Below, one piece after another: positions 40,943 through 54,567 of a stretch of DNA of 64,000 bases. The translations under genes were made by a program, and so were the position numbers. Under the pieces are notes generated by a model. It was given only the letters and a program-made list of their open reading frames with translations, had not been told where the DNA came from and did no database searches. The stretch comes from an uncultured Methanoregulaceae archaeon (GTDB lineage Archaea > Halobacteriota > Methanomicrobia > Methanomicrobiales > Methanospirillaceae): contig OY970061.1 of NCBI GenBank assembly GCA_963705255.1, positions 1,248,001 to 1,312,000 on the forward strand. The letters are read 5' to 3'. How positions within the stretch are numbered: the stretch's first letter is position 1; every line of letters starts with the position of its first letter.

Positions 40943-42082
40943 GAGGACACGCCCCCGGGGTGGTAGGTGCACCACGGATCTTCACCGCAGACCTCCCCTT
41001 TGAGTATATCCGGCGTGGCCAGACCGTCGCACCAGAGAGAAGAGGCAGCATCCACGCGCCGGTATGCCCGGGCCCTGCACCCGCCGCAGATCGTCCTGAA
41101 GCTGCAACGCCCGCACTTTCCCGTGAGCCGGTCCGGATCGCGGAGCGCGGCAAAGAGAGCGGAATTATTCCAGATCTCGTAAAACGGCGTGATCCGCACG
41201 TTGCCGGCGCTCACCGGCAGGTACGGGCAGGGGGTCACGTCACCGTTGGCAAAGATCCGGCAGTAGGTGATACCGGCGAGGCAGCCCCGTCCCCACCCGG
41301 GGCTGGTGATGCCAAGGCCGTCCGCAATCCTGCGGAACTGCGGGGCGCAGGTCGGACGGATATTGAAACCGGAGTTCCGGTACCTGATGAGAATTTGCCG
41401 TATTAATTCCTCGGTACTCCTCCGGGCTGCGGGGCTCGATCTGGCGTGCCCGTCCGGTAGGGATAGGGAAGAAGAGCTGGTAATCGCGGACCCCGAGGGA
41501 AGTTCCGAGCCCGATTACATCTTCGACGTCCTTGATGGCCGACCGCATCACCGACATGTTGATCTGGACGGCGATTCCCGCATCGCGGCAGTGCCCGATG
41601 GCCTGAACGGCCTTTTCCCACACCCCGTCAAGGCCCCGGAACGCGTCGTGGGTGACCGGGTCGTTCGAATCAAGGCTTATGGCCACAGCCCGTATTCCCG
41701 CTTCCCTGAGTTTTGCCGCGGTATCGTGGTCGATGAAGTACCCGCTGGTGCCCATGACCATGCGGAGTCCCTGCCCCGTGCCGTACTGTGCAATCGCATA
41801 GATGTCCTCCCGGAGAAGGGGTTCGCCACCGCTCAGCACGACGACCGGTGTGCCGGTCGCCCGGATCTGGTCGATGACAGCGAATGCCTCCTGCGTGGAG
41901 AGCACTCCGTCCGCCTCCTCATCGCCTGCGTCCACGTAGCAGTGGGAACACTTCAGGGGGCACCTGAGCGTGATGTTCCACGAGATGATACGCGGCGCAC
42001 CCGGTGCACGGTTCAATGTTTCAGCCCCTTTTGCCACACACTGCCCGGGTTCCTTATTCACCTTCGTGAGGTTCTCCGCCAT
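40939..42082 (-). CDS. ahbD: Radical SAM heme b synthase AhbD-like (frameshift at ~41410)
   Basis: PRIISWNIT.RCPLKCSHCY, SGGEPL, TPCPYL, GKCGRC...CGGCRARAY. Confidence 0.75.
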
Positions 42083-42096
42083 TGAAGACGTTCATG

Positions 42097-44432
<2,336 letters not shown>

Positions 44433-44520
44433 GGTTTGTCACGTGTGAATTGTAGTTCATGCCGCTATAATAACATACAGATGGAGCCAGTCACACATCA
44501 GTGTCGCGACGCGGGATTCC

Positions 44521-45642
44521 TTATCCGAGCGAGAACGTCCCGTACTTCCCGCCGCCGCCCGGGTGGAGGACCACGCTGCCGCTCCGCAGGGTGTCGACTG
44601 CATCGGCAACCTCCGGGTGAAGAGTGCGGAGCTCCGCGACCGGTGCATCGATCAGCACGGCGATCTCGTTCCCGAACATGCTGATGAACGAGGAGTAGAT
44701 CGCCGTACACTTCTTCGTGTACGGGGACGAGGCGCCCTCGACGGTCTGGATGATCTGGCCGAGCGGGACGATATGGAGGTACGGCGGACGGGGGCGGGGC
44801 GTGCCGCCCTTCGAGAGCTCGCGGGCCCGGTCGGACACCCCCTTTTTTATGATCCCGCCGTCATCCGGGCAGCGCCATTCGTACCGTACGGCCTCTTCAT
44901 AGGAATACTGGGTGAAGCAGCGGACACACGCGGTGCGGTTGTACTTCCCTTCTTCCGGGAAGAACCCGGCGTTCATCGCGATACCCCCCTCCTTCACGCA
45001 GGCAAGCACCCCCTTTACCGAGAGCGCTTTTGGGAGGAGGCGGTTGAACTCGCGCCCTATCTTCTCCTGCCGGGGGCTGTGGGCATCCGAGTTGGTGAGA
45101 AACGGGACATTGTACAGGTCCGGGATCGCCGCACCGTATGAGCTGTCCGCCGAGAGCCCGAGCTCGAGGAAATCGATGGGTTCCGTCCCATAACAGTCGC
45201 TGACCAGGTTGAAGTAGGCGTACATCGCAGTCCACGGCGTGAAGGCGTGCGCCGGCCCGATCAGCGCACCGGCTTCGTGGGCTGCGGCGGCAATCTCCCC
45301 GCCGCTCAAGTAGACGTGGGGCCTGCCGTTCGTCGCGAAACTCCTGCATTTCCCGGCCATCAGGTCCCGGAGCTGTCCGAACTGTGCCGGGTCTTCTGCG
45401 AGGATGACGTGGTGGACCCGCCGCTCGTCCTCCACCTCGCCCTGCGGGACGATGACGATCCCGGCACCGTTCTCCCGGAACGGTTCCCATGCCTTCATCC
45501 ATCCCGGGTGGAGTGCGTCCCCGGTGCCGAGCACGTGGATGCCCTTGGTGACACAGACCCGGATCAGACTTTCCGGCTGCATGGCCCGGGATACCGCCAT
45601 CGAATACGGGGAATGGATGTGGAGGTCGGCGTTCACGAACAT
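44521..45642 (-). CDS. Endonuclease Q / TIGR00375 family PHP-domain protein
   Basis: DLHIHS.YS, GTGD, PAHAFTPW, ELGLSAD, NSDAHS, GKY...C..C. Confidence 0.88.
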   Translation of the reverse strand: MFVNADLHIHSPYSMAVSRAMQPESLIRVCVTKGIHVLGTGDALHPGWMKAWEPFRENGAGIVIVPQGEVEDERRVHHVILAEDPAQFGQLRDLMAGKCRSFATNGRPHVYLSGGEIAAAAHEAGALIGPAHAFTPWTAMYAYFNLVSDCYGTEPIDFLELGLSADSSYGAAIPDLYNVPFLTNSDAHSPRQEKIGREFNRLLPKALSVKGVLACVKEGGIAMNAGFFPEEGKYNRTACVRCFTQYSYEEAVRYEWRCPDDGGIIKKGVSDRARELSKGGTPRPRPPYLHIVPLGQIIQTVEGASSPYTKKCTAIYSSFISMFGNEIAVLIDAPVAELRTLHPEVADAVDTLRSGSVVLHPGGGGKYGTFSLG

Positions 45643-45862
45643 GGCTACTTACCGGTTGTCCTTTGCGGGATATAATGTGAGCCATCCGGAACCAGGAGGA
45701 TCGATAGAATCCGCGAACTCATTCAGGTTGGGCGGCCTGCCCCGGTCCGGAATTTCCCTCAGGGGCCGGGATTCTGTCACAGCTGAGATATGAAATGCCC
45801 CGTTCACAATGTTTATCATAACTCCTGTTGATGAGAACTTTATTAAAAGGAGGAGAAAAACC

Positions 45863-46471
45863 ATGGAACATGCTCCGAAAGGCTGCCTGGAACTGCTGAG
45901 CGACAAGAACAGCATGCTGGTGCTCGTGGACTACCAGTCCACGATGTTCAAGGGTGTAGCGTCCGGTGACAAGACGATCATCAGGAATGCCGCGTACTGT
46001 GCGGCAAAGGCCGCAAGCATCCTGAGCATACCGGTGGTATTGTCGGCTATCAACCCGTCGGGGAACGGGGAGTTCATGCCCGAGATCGCGAGACTCTTCC
46101 CCGGGCAGGAAGTCTTCTCCCGGAAGGTGCTGAGTTTCGATGCCTTCGAGGACGAGCGGACATGGAACGCGGCGAAGAAGGCCGCAAGGAAGAAGATGGT
46201 CGTCTCGGGCCTCTGGACGAGCATGTGCTTTGCCTACACAGCCATCCATGCCATCAAAGAAGGCTACGAGGTGTACGGCCTCATCGATGCTGCGGGCGAT
46301 TCCACGCACGATGCCCATAAGTATGGCGTGAAACGGATGCTGCAGGCAGGCGTCATCCCGATCACGGTCGAGTCGCTCGTCTCGGAATGGATGCACGACT
46401 GGGGGAACCCGAAGGTCGGCGACCTCGTAAAGGAAGTATACTCGCGGTATGGGTACATGATAGGGTTCTGA
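45863..46471 (+). CDS. Isochorismatase-family hydrolase (YcaC-like)
   Basis: LVDYQ, SGLWTSMC, DAAGD, EWMHDW; AGGAGG RBS. Confidence 0.88.
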   Translation: MEHAPKGCLELLSDKNSMLVLVDYQSTMFKGVASGDKTIIRNAAYCAAKAASILSIPVVLSAINPSGNGEFMPEIARLFPGQEVFSRKVLSFDAFEDERTWNAAKKAARKKMVVSGLWTSMCFAYTAIHAIKEGYEVYGLIDAAGDSTHDAHKYGVKRMLQAGVIPITVESLVSEWMHDWGNPKVGDLVKEVYSRYGYMIGF

Positions 46472-46744
46472 TTCTGTACGGCGGGCTGCAGGAAAGATGC
46501 GGAGTACCGCTGATAGCTGAGGATGAAAAAACCAGAGAGAGGCAAGCGTGTCTCACCCCCAGCTTCCTTATTTCCGGGACCGCCCGGCCGCGGCTGAACG
46601 TACCCTGTCCCGGTACAGGCCGTTGAACGAATGGTCATGCCCCCCCGACCGGGGCGTGATATAGAGTTCTGATACCTTTTTGGCGGGAGGAGATGATAGC
46701 CGACGGGGATATTGGGTAAAAAACGAGTATTGCCCCGGGTACTG

Positions 46745-47548
46745 TCACGTACCCTGCCGCTGGTATGCCGGCTTGTTCGTGCAGAACTCGAATACGCACA
46801 TGGCGTCACTGTTGTCAGCGACATGATGCGGGACGTGATAACGCCGGAGTATCTCATGGCGGATGAAGCCGGCGCCGGTCAGGTGAGCGGTCAGCTCCTC
46901 TCTCGGCATGACGCGTGGCGGCCCCCGTTCGTCAGGAGACCTGGCCGCCCCATCCACCAGCCCGAGCGTGGAACCAAAGAGGACGCCGCCGGGCCTGAGG
47001 GCAGAGTACGCGTTCGCAAGATACGTTCCGAGTTCCTCCTCGTCGGCGATCACGTGAAGAACGGAGGCGGAATACACAATCCCGAACTCCGCCGGCCCGA
47101 ACGGGAACGCCTCTGAAACGATGAAGAGGTCACCGATCTCCTCTTTGTCACGGTACAGGTCAAACCCGAGATCGATGCTCGCCCGGTTGATATCGAACGC
47201 GGTGATCCTCTCCCGGGGAAAACCGTCCCGGATAACCTGCCGGACATTGTCCCCGGTGCCGCAGCCGTAATCGAGGAGCCTGCCGATCCTTCTGAGCGCA
47301 CGGGAATAGAAGAAGTGGTTGTTGATCCGCGGTTGCCCGAGGATCATGAGGATGTGGGGATAGCGAATCCCCTCCCGGGTGTACTTCTCTAGGAGCGCCC
47401 GGTAATACCCAGCCGGATAGGCGACACCGTAGGCTTCGATCCGTTTCATGGCGGTGCAGAGTTCCTCCGTGAGTGTCTTTCCTGGCGGGAACCTGTGGGG
47501 TGTTGGTGCAGGCATCGCAGGATAAGTGTACGCCAGAAGAATATTCAT
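46745..47548 (-). CDS. Class I SAM-dependent methyltransferase
   Basis: LLDYGCGTG, SVLHV, LRPGGVLFG. Confidence 0.85.
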   Translation of the reverse strand: MNILLAYTYPAMPAPTPHRFPPGKTLTEELCTAMKRIEAYGVAYPAGYYRALLEKYTREGIRYPHILMILGQPRINNHFFYSRALRRIGRLLDYGCGTGDNVRQVIRDGFPRERITAFDINRASIDLGFDLYRDKEEIGDLFIVSEAFPFGPAEFGIVYSASVLHVIADEEELGTYLANAYSALRPGGVLFGSTLGLVDGAARSPDERGPPRVMPREELTAHLTGAGFIRHEILRRYHVPHHVADNSDAMCVFEFCTNKPAYQRQGT

Positions 47549-47763
47549 GGTTATCGCAGCTGGGCGGGAGGGTGTTCCCTTGTAAGGGATAACTACGAGA
47601 GGGTCGCGGAGTCCGGGATGAGCTGGGATGGTGCGGGGGTTAACGGATAATCGGTAAGAAGGAGAAAGCGTAAAGGTGTCCGATATATTCTGTCCAGATA
47701 TTCGGGATAATGTCGTATTTTTGGGAAAATAACTTGTTTTTTTGGAAGTGATTTTCTTTTATC

Positions 47764-47881
47764 AAATCTGGGAGGTCTCCCCGCCTCAGGGCCTCTCCGA
47801 GGCACGGCGGGGGCAGATACCGGTTTTTAGATTGAACGGTAATTGATGCCGCCGCGGGGGCGCCCCGCCGGGGGCGGCGGC
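47764..47881. repeat. Structured intergenic element, compact form
   Basis: Reverse complement matches the scaffold of 20074..20407; nested inverted repeats CCCCGCC/GGCGGGG, GCCTC/GAGGC, GCCGCCGC/GCGGCGGC. Confidence 0.75.
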
Positions 47882-48092
47882 AGATATCACACCGGTGTAT
47901 AGCACACATCAAACCTTCTACACTATCAAAAGATATTATGTGAATGGGAAACAAGCATGAACCAAATTAATTCACGCACATTTCTGCAAAGCATCGGTTT
48001 TCACTATTCGTATAAGTTTTCGGAATCAATCCTATTTTTTCTTTAATCTCTAAAATAGAATAAAATTTAAGTTCATTATCAATAAATGCCTG

Positions 48093-48869
48093 ATGATAGC
48101 TGCATGCCTGTCAGTGAGAAATGCAATGTTCTATAATGACTCCTTTGATGTAAGTGCTGAAAAATGGATTGAACTGCTTACTGACAAAGAGGTTACTAAA
48201 GATATCGATATGAAGATTCTAAGGATCGTATATGAAAGCAAAAACCACGAGATCCGAGGTTCAGATATCGCGTTAAAATTAAACTACTCTAGCCATGGGG
48301 CGATTAACTTACAAATTGGTAGATTTGGTAAACGCGTAATTGCAAAAACTGGTATCCAACCACCTTTGAGAAGAGATGGAAAACCCCGATGGTGGCATAT
48401 CCCCTTCTTAGGATACGAAAGCGGGGGCCGGTTCCCGTGGATAATGCGACCTGATTTGGTGATGGCGTTTGACACGATTTACGGTCAAGGCAACACTGAA
48501 CTTTTATATTCCGGCGAGTTAACCAATGAAGATTCTCCACATCTCCACGAAGGTGCAGTAAGTCAGGTTTTAGTGAACCGTTATGAACGAAACAGTGATG
48601 CACGAAGTATATGCATTGCTCATCACGGTAGTCTATGTGCAGTCTGTGGGTTTGATTTCGAAAAAATGTATGGACCGATAGGCAAAAATAAGGTTCATAT
48701 CCACCATCTCATTCCACTATCAAAAATCCAGCAAGAGTACAATATAGATCCAGTGAAAGATTTACGTCCTGTATGCCCAAATTGTCACCTAATAATTCAC
48801 AATAAAATGGAACCATTCACAATCGAAGAGGTAAGAGAAATGATCAGCACATTTAGCAATGGTAAATAA
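48093..48869 (+). CDS. HNH endonuclease (McrA-like C-terminal domain); start may be 48126
   Basis: EG....VNRYERN..AR..CI..HG..C.VCGFDF...YG, HIHH..PLS, DL.PVCPNCH; visibly AT-rich. Confidence 0.88.
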   Translation: MIAACLSVRNAMFYNDSFDVSAEKWIELLTDKEVTKDIDMKILRIVYESKNHEIRGSDIALKLNYSSHGAINLQIGRFGKRVIAKTGIQPPLRRDGKPRWWHIPFLGYESGGRFPWIMRPDLVMAFDTIYGQGNTELLYSGELTNEDSPHLHEGAVSQVLVNRYERNSDARSICIAHHGSLCAVCGFDFEKMYGPIGKNKVHIHHLIPLSKIQQEYNIDPVKDLRPVCPNCHLIIHNKMEPFTIEEVREMISTFSNGK

Positions 48870-48971
48870 TTGATTGAGATCGCCCTTTTTCACTGAATGA
48901 GTATCATCATCAGGACCGGCGTGAACCAGGTTGATTCATTCAAGGGTCACCCCGGAACATCTGCCCCGCAC

Positions 48972-49727
48972 TCACCCGATGTAACTCAACTCTTCGTTTT
49001 TCATCTTCTCGCCTTCGACAAGGCCCTCGATGACCTTCTCCATCTCGCTCGCCCGGTCGTTGAGCTTCGTGGGATCGACCGGCACACCGATCAGGTTCGA
49101 GAGGATGGCAAGGACGCTTGCCGCGGCCATCGGGTCCACGAGGTACCCGCTCGTCTCGCCCATCAGGCAGACCGCTTCAATGCCCCGCAGGGCGGAGAGG
49201 CCGAGCATGAGGCCTGCCGCACCGATGATCCCGCCGCCCGGCTCGTCCCGGTTGAAGATGACACCAGCGGTCTCGAGCTCCTCCCGGAGCTCCGCCCGGT
49301 TCACGGCCCCGAGGACCCGGGGCTCGTTCACGAGGTGGCCGACGCCGAAGCCCCCGAGCGTGTAGATCCGTTTCACGTTGAGCTCCTCTGCTATCTCGCA
49401 GTAGGTGTCGGCGAGGAGGTAATGTCCCTCGTTGGAGGTGCTCTGGTGGTCCCCGACGAGAAAGACGATATCTTTTCCCGCGCTCTGGCAGAGCCAGAGC
49501 TCGTTCCGGGCCAGGCGGACGAGCCCGTTCTCGTCGAGGATGACCTGGGGAGGCAGGTAGATGGAGTGGATCTCCCCGATCTTCTCGGCCACGAGCATGT
49601 GGATCATGTACTCGGCCACGAGTTTTCCGACCTGGCCGATGCCGGGGAGCCCTTCGATCAGGATCGGGTCGACGGGTCTCTTGTCTTTGAAACTTTCCAG
49701 GTACCGGACCGAGATGTCCTCAATCAT
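48972..49727 (-). CDS. Proteasome assembly chaperone (PAC2 family)
   Basis: EGLPGIGQVGKL, LMGETSGYLVDP, C-terminal YIG. Confidence 0.9.
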   Translation of the reverse strand: MIEDISVRYLESFKDKRPVDPILIEGLPGIGQVGKLVAEYMIHMLVAEKIGEIHSIYLPPQVILDENGLVRLARNELWLCQSAGKDIVFLVGDHQSTSNEGHYLLADTYCEIAEELNVKRIYTLGGFGVGHLVNEPRVLGAVNRAELREELETAGVIFNRDEPGGGIIGAAGLMLGLSALRGIEAVCLMGETSGYLVDPMAAASVLAILSNLIGVPVDPTKLNDRASEMEKVIEGLVEGEKMKNEELSYIG

Positions 49728-49875
49728 GCTTCGCCATCCTCCGGTATCTCCCGTACTTGTCTTCCGGGGAAAAACGGGCGGGGTGGGCGACGGATGTCGG
49801 CCTGCCGCAGGCAGGACAGGTGGGAGAAAGGGTATAGATATGGTCTGCCATGCACTGCCGGATGCGCCCGCTCAT
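49720..49875 (-). CDS. nop10: H/ACA RNP protein Nop10 (51 aa; not in ORF track)
   Basis: YTL...CPACG..T..AHPARFSPEDKYGRYRR. Confidence 0.93.
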   Translation of the reverse strand: MSGRIRQCMADHIYTLSPTCPACGRPTSVAHPARFSPEDKYGRYRRMAKHD

Positions 49876-50663
49876 TGGCTCTTCCCGGACTTCGGTTTCT
49901 TGACGAGCTTGCCCTCGCCACCGGCTTTTTCCACGACCGCGATCGCGGCGCTCGCAGCCTTCTCGATCGCCTTCTCGGCAGACTTGTAGTCCGGCGCGGT
50001 CACCTTGATCCGGTAGGTCGGGGCCCCGAGGTAGAGGAGCTCGATATCCGCTCCTGAACTCTTCGAGGCGTTCGCCTTCTCGAGCGCCTTCCGGATGACC
50101 TCGACCCCGTCGGGTTTCGTGGACTCGAGGATCAGGTGCCCGGTCACTTCGACCCGGGGCACTTTCACGCTCTCCTCTGCCACCCGCTGGAGGACCTCGG
50201 AGACCTTCTTCGGGAGGCCGAGTTTTTTGAGCGTAGTCTCGGGATCGATCACAATATCTTCAAAGACCGGGTAGAAAGCCCCGTACTTCCTGAAGATCAG
50301 GTCCTCGATCGGGGCGAGTGGCTCGCCCGTCTGCTCTGCCACGAACCCGAGCCATTTCTGGGCCTTGGACTCGTTCTTCCACTCGCGGATCTTCTCGCGC
50401 CGCTGGTGCTCGTTGACGTCTTTTAAGGAGAGGTCGATGTGGCCGCGGTTCCGGTCGACGTTGAGGACCTTGCAGACGATCTTCTGGCCCTCCCGGATGT
50501 GGTCACGGATGTACTTGATCCAGCCCGTTGCGATCTCAGAGATGGGGATGAGCCCCTGGCGGCCACCGTACTCGTCAAGGGAGACGAATGCCACGAAGTC
50601 CTTGACGTTCTCTACGGTGCAGACGACCAGTTCCGATTCCTGTGGCCATTCCCTGTCGAGCAT
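49872..50663 (-). CDS. eif2a: Translation initiation factor 2 alpha
   Basis: WP..SELVVCTV, S1 domain, GHIDLSLK, YLGAP.YRI. Confidence 0.95.
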   Translation of the reverse strand: MLDREWPQESELVVCTVENVKDFVAFVSLDEYGGRQGLIPISEIATGWIKYIRDHIREGQKIVCKVLNVDRNRGHIDLSLKDVNEHQRREKIREWKNESKAQKWLGFVAEQTGEPLAPIEDLIFRKYGAFYPVFEDIVIDPETTLKKLGLPKKVSEVLQRVAEESVKVPRVEVTGHLILESTKPDGVEVIRKALEKANASKSSGADIELLYLGAPTYRIKVTAPDYKSAEKAIEKAASAAIAVVEKAGGEGKLVKKPKSGKSQ

Positions 50664-50671
50664 GGGAGGTA

Positions 50672-50860
50672 TCACTTGAGCTCTTGGACGATCTCGGCCT
50701 TGAGGATTGCGCGTCCTCCGGCGGGGATTGCGAGATCGCGCCCGCAGACAACGCACTTGACAACCGTGCTCGCCTTCTCAAAGACGGTCTGCTCGTTCTC
50801 ACAGTCAGGACATTTTACTTTGTAGAATTTACTCCGGTTTTCCCGTATCTGGCTTACCAT
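50672..50860 (-). CDS. rps27e: 30S ribosomal protein S27e
   Basis: SKF.KVKCPDCENEQ.VF...C..CG. Confidence 0.95.
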   Translation of the reverse strand: MVSQIRENRSKFYKVKCPDCENEQTVFEKASTVVKCVVCGRDLAIPAGGRAILKAEIVQELK

Positions 50861-50865
50861 CCTGC

Positions 50866-51144
50866 TCACTCCGTCAGTTCAAACTTTGCGACACGGTAAC
50901 CCTTGCGCAGGTGCGCCTTCTTGCAGACGACACAGCGGTACCGTACATTGATCTTCTTCGTCGGCTTGTCTCCGCCAGGCACCTTGGAGAACTTGCCCAT
51001 GTTGCCTACCGTACCTCTCCGCGCCTTCTGGCGGTCAATCCAGTGGAGGCCGGTCGTCTTGCCTTTCTTTACCTTCTCGACCTCGTGAACCTGGTGGCTC
51101 CTGCAGAAAGGACAGTAGGTGTTGAATTTTGCTGGCATTTTCAT
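50866..51144 (-). CDS. rpl44e: 50S ribosomal protein L44e
   Basis: TYCPFC..H..HEV, KPTKK...RYRC..C.KAH. Confidence 0.95.
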   Translation of the reverse strand: MKMPAKFNTYCPFCRSHQVHEVEKVKKGKTTGLHWIDRQKARRGTVGNMGKFSKVPGGDKPTKKINVRYRCVVCKKAHLRKGYRVAKFELTE

Positions 51145-51182
51145 GAAAATTTCACCGATAATCCTGAATCGAATACCTTATA

Positions 51183-51848
51183 TTATTTACAGAGGTTGAT
51201 ATTTAAGACTATGTTGCGCTCGCTCAGGACCGCAGCATTCCGCTCGGGAAGCGTCACTATATCTCCTTTCGAGAGAGTATAAATCCTCCCATCCACGCCC
51301 ATGAACGACTCCATGTCCTCGAGCACCCGGACGAGGGCGCACGGGTGGGAGATGGGCAGGGCCCCTTTCGGTGCGGCCACCGGCAGGGCCTCCGGTTCCT
51401 CTTCCTGTTGCGGTCCGGGCTCGCCGCCCTCGTCTTCGGCAGCCACCGTATGGCGGAGGGCATGGAGCGTGTGGGGGACGTTGTGCAGGAGGACGCCCTG
51501 GCACTGTTCGATGCTTGCCGTGATCTGCTCGAACATCTCTTTCTCGGACGGGATCATCCGCTTCACTTCCTCGCGGTCGTAATAGCTCCCTTCCGCGTGC
51601 ATGACGGTGAGGGCGAGGATCTTGCGCGAGCGGATCGCAAAGATGTCCTGCAGTGTCTCCCGGATCGCGAGGGTCTCGTCGATGAGGGAACGGGCCTCGT
51701 CCGAGAACGGGTCCTCGAACGCGTAGACCTTCCTGGTGATGGCCGCCAGTTCCGCGTGCCCTTTCTCGAACAGGTCCGGGACTACCGCGGTGAGCCGTCC
51801 CGTCTCGCGTTCGGACAGCAGGGTGCTGCGCAGGTCGTCAAGCTTCAT
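51183..51848 (-). CDS. GINS-family replication protein (Gins51-like)
   Basis: R..KI..L helical domain; C-terminal VR.LED..SFMGVDG..Y.L..GDIVTLP..NA..L; follows priS. Confidence 0.8.
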   Translation of the reverse strand: MKLDDLRSTLLSERETGRLTAVVPDLFEKGHAELAAITRKVYAFEDPFSDEARSLIDETLAIRETLQDIFAIRSRKILALTVMHAEGSYYDREEVKRMIPSEKEMFEQITASIEQCQGVLLHNVPHTLHALRHTVAAEDEGGEPGPQQEEEPEALPVAAPKGALPISHPCALVRVLEDMESFMGVDGRIYTLSKGDIVTLPERNAAVLSERNIVLNINLCK

Positions 51849-51857
51849 CTCGTCTCC

Positions 51858-52989
51858 TCAGGCGATCTCCGCCATGCCGCGGCAGCAGAGGAAGACTGCC
51901 ACCGCTTCGGGTACTGTAGTGATGCCTTTTTGGAGCTCGATAAGTACTTCCGAGCATGGGCATCCTGAGCGGGAACTTCTGGTCTACCTTGACGTCCCTC
52001 ATGCCGAACACCACGGCGTCCGTGAGGGGGTCGAAGTCGTGGAGTTCGCGGAGCTCGAGCGGCTGGACCCGCATGCCGCTCCCGCCGTGGAGCGAGGTCG
52101 GCATCCGGATCAGCCGTTTCGTGTCGGTGGTGACCGGTTCGTCGGCGAGGGCAGCCCGGGAGAGGAGACGTTTTCTGAACTCGCCCTCTTCCTGACCGAC
52201 TACAGCGTGGAGGACCCGGTTTTTGAGAAGCATGCTGGTCGGGTGCCGCTCTATGGCGGTGGCGGTCTCCTCGTATTTTTTCAGGAACGCGGCTGCCGAT
52301 TCCTTTCCTACACCTTCGAGCCCCGTGAGGTGGGCCATCGCCTCCCCCTCCGGAAGCGTGCCGATCCACCGGATGTACCCGGCCAGCGTCTCGCGGTAGC
52401 GCCGGGGCCAGCCAGGCGCGGCCGGGATCTTTCCCGAGAGCATCGCCGCCGGGTCGATCCCAATCCCGCAGACATAATCGATCAGCTCCCTGCGCTCGCT
52501 GCTCCCCCACCCGCGGAACGCGATGTCCCGGACGTGGACGTGGTAGCCCCTGCCCCCGGAGAAGACGAGGGCGATGGCCTTCCTGTCCATGCCGAACTCT
52601 TCGATGAGGATCGCGAGGAGTTTCTCGGTCTCCTCCTTGACCCTTGCCAGCATCTGGTCGTAGGGGCCCCGCATGAGATGGTCGGCGTCGAGGTCGAAGA
52701 TCAGGTCGGCCCCGCACCAGCCCTTCTCCGCCATGGTGCCCGCGTCCGGCTTCTCGTAGTACGCCGTCGAGTAGTACGTGTGCTGGGGGACGAGGTTCCG
52801 GATGTACTGGTCGAGTTCCTCCTTGCCGGAGAAGCCCACGTGCCTGCGCATCCGCATCTCGGCCCCGCCGGGGTTGAAGAGCACGAACCCCCACTCCCGT
52901 TGCTCCAGCGATGGCGGGGAGACGAGCACGGTCTTCTTGTAATACTCGGTGAACCGCTGTCTCAGGAATTCTGTTGTGGCCGGGTTCAT
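51858..52989 (-). CDS. priS: DNA primase small subunit (frameshift at ~51940)
   Basis: REWGF, DLIFDLDAD, FSGGRGYH, D..VT.D.KRLIR.P.SLHG. Confidence 0.95.
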
Positions 52990-54562
52990 CGCAGCTCCTT
53001 AACCATGTATGGTCCTGACCGCTCATAGCCCTGTCTCCGGTAATACGGGCGGACGCCGATCCCGCTCATGATGGCGAGGGAGCAAAAGCCGGCGGCGGAG
53101 GCGATCCCCTCGGCCCGGGCGAGGAGCTCCTTCCCATACCTGCGGTGTTGCCACTCCTCGGCCTCGGCGTCTTTTCCCACCGGCACGAGGGTGCCGTAGA
53201 CGTGGAGCTCCCGCAGGAGTGCGGCCCCGGAAAGTTCCGGGCGGAAGACCGTGGACGGGAAGCGGAGGCGGGCAAACCCGATGAGAGAGTCACCGGAGAC
53301 CACGGAGATGAAGTGTTCCTTCCCGCCGCACACCTCATACTCCAGCACCTGTACCTCCGGTTCAGCGAGCGAGGGGAGCCTCCCGATCTCCCTGCAGCGG
53401 ATGCAGCGGCAGCGCCTCCCGGTCGCCCTCAGGTGATCCTGGGCCAGCTGGCGGAAGTTGGAGTGCCGTGAACCGGCGACAATCAGTTTTGCCGGGATGT
53501 CCCGCTGGATCCGCTGGAGCCGGGTGTACTCGGGGATGACGGACTTGGCGTACGCGATCAGCCCAATGAGCTCCGGCTCGGGATAGGGGGCATACCCCCC
53601 CCTCCTCCAGAGGTCCTCGATCTCGGAGCCCGGGGTGACCAGCGTGGGGTAGATCTTGAGGAAGTCCGGGCGGAAGCGGGGGTCGGCAAAGATCGTGTCG
53701 AACATTGTTCTGTCGGCATCGATCGTGGAGCCGGGGAGGTTCGGCATCATGTGGAACCCCACCTTGAGCCCGGCGTCCCGGAGGAGCGTGTTGGCGAGCA
53801 CGGTGTCCCCCACCGTGCAGCCCCGCCGGTTGAAGGCGAGGACAGCATCGTCCGTGTGCTGGACGCCGAGCTCCACCTTCGTCACCCCGAGATCCAGCAT
53901 CCGCCCGATGTGCTCCCGCCGGCACCAGTCCGGGCGGGTCTCGAACGTGATGGCAACGCAGCGGGTTGCGGAGGTCTCGTTCGCTGCCTGGACGGCTGGT
54001 ATACTGAGGGCAGCTCCGCCGGCGTCCCCCGGGGGTAGGTGTTCATCGCCTCGATGCAGCGGGAGACGAACTCCTCCTGGTACTCCACCGGGCGGGCGGT
54101 CATCGTGCCGCCCATCACGATCAGTTCCACCTTGTCCACCCGGTGGCCGAGGATCCCGAACTGCTCCAGCCGGGCGTGGACCTGCCGGAACGGGTCGTAG
54201 CCGTGCTCCCTCGCCCGTTTCGCCGCCGGCTCCTCCCCCGTGTAGCTCTGCGGGGACCTGAACGGGTGCTCCGGCCCTCCCGGGCAGGGGAGGCATTTCC
54301 CGTGCGGGCAGGGCCAGGGCGAGGTCATCACCGCGACCGGCGCAACCCCCGAGAGGGTTCGGGTGGGCTTCACGAGCAGGATCCTCCGCAGGGCCTCCCG
54401 TTCATCCGGCAGGGCAGCCGCAAGGATGGCGGAATTTTTCGGTACCGCGGCGAGGGCATATTTCCGGCAGACGGCGATCTTTGCCGCAACGACCGCTTCG
54501 TCACCGGGCTGCAGGGTGAGGATACGGGAGATCATCTCCCGGAGCGCCAGCACCTCATCCAT
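52986..54562 (-). CDS. elp3: Elongator Elp3 radical SAM/acetyltransferase (frameshift at ~54000-54035)
   Basis: KPTRTLSGVAPVAVM, CPHGKC..CP, ETRPD, KIYPTLV, RELHVYG, WQH, GVR.YY. Confidence 0.94.
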
Positions 54563-54567
54563 GACAA

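Noticed and set aside
47764-48869. HEARO/omega-RNA plus IscB system
   Set aside because: The nuclease has no PLMP or split RuvC motifs; it is an McrA-like HNH protein.
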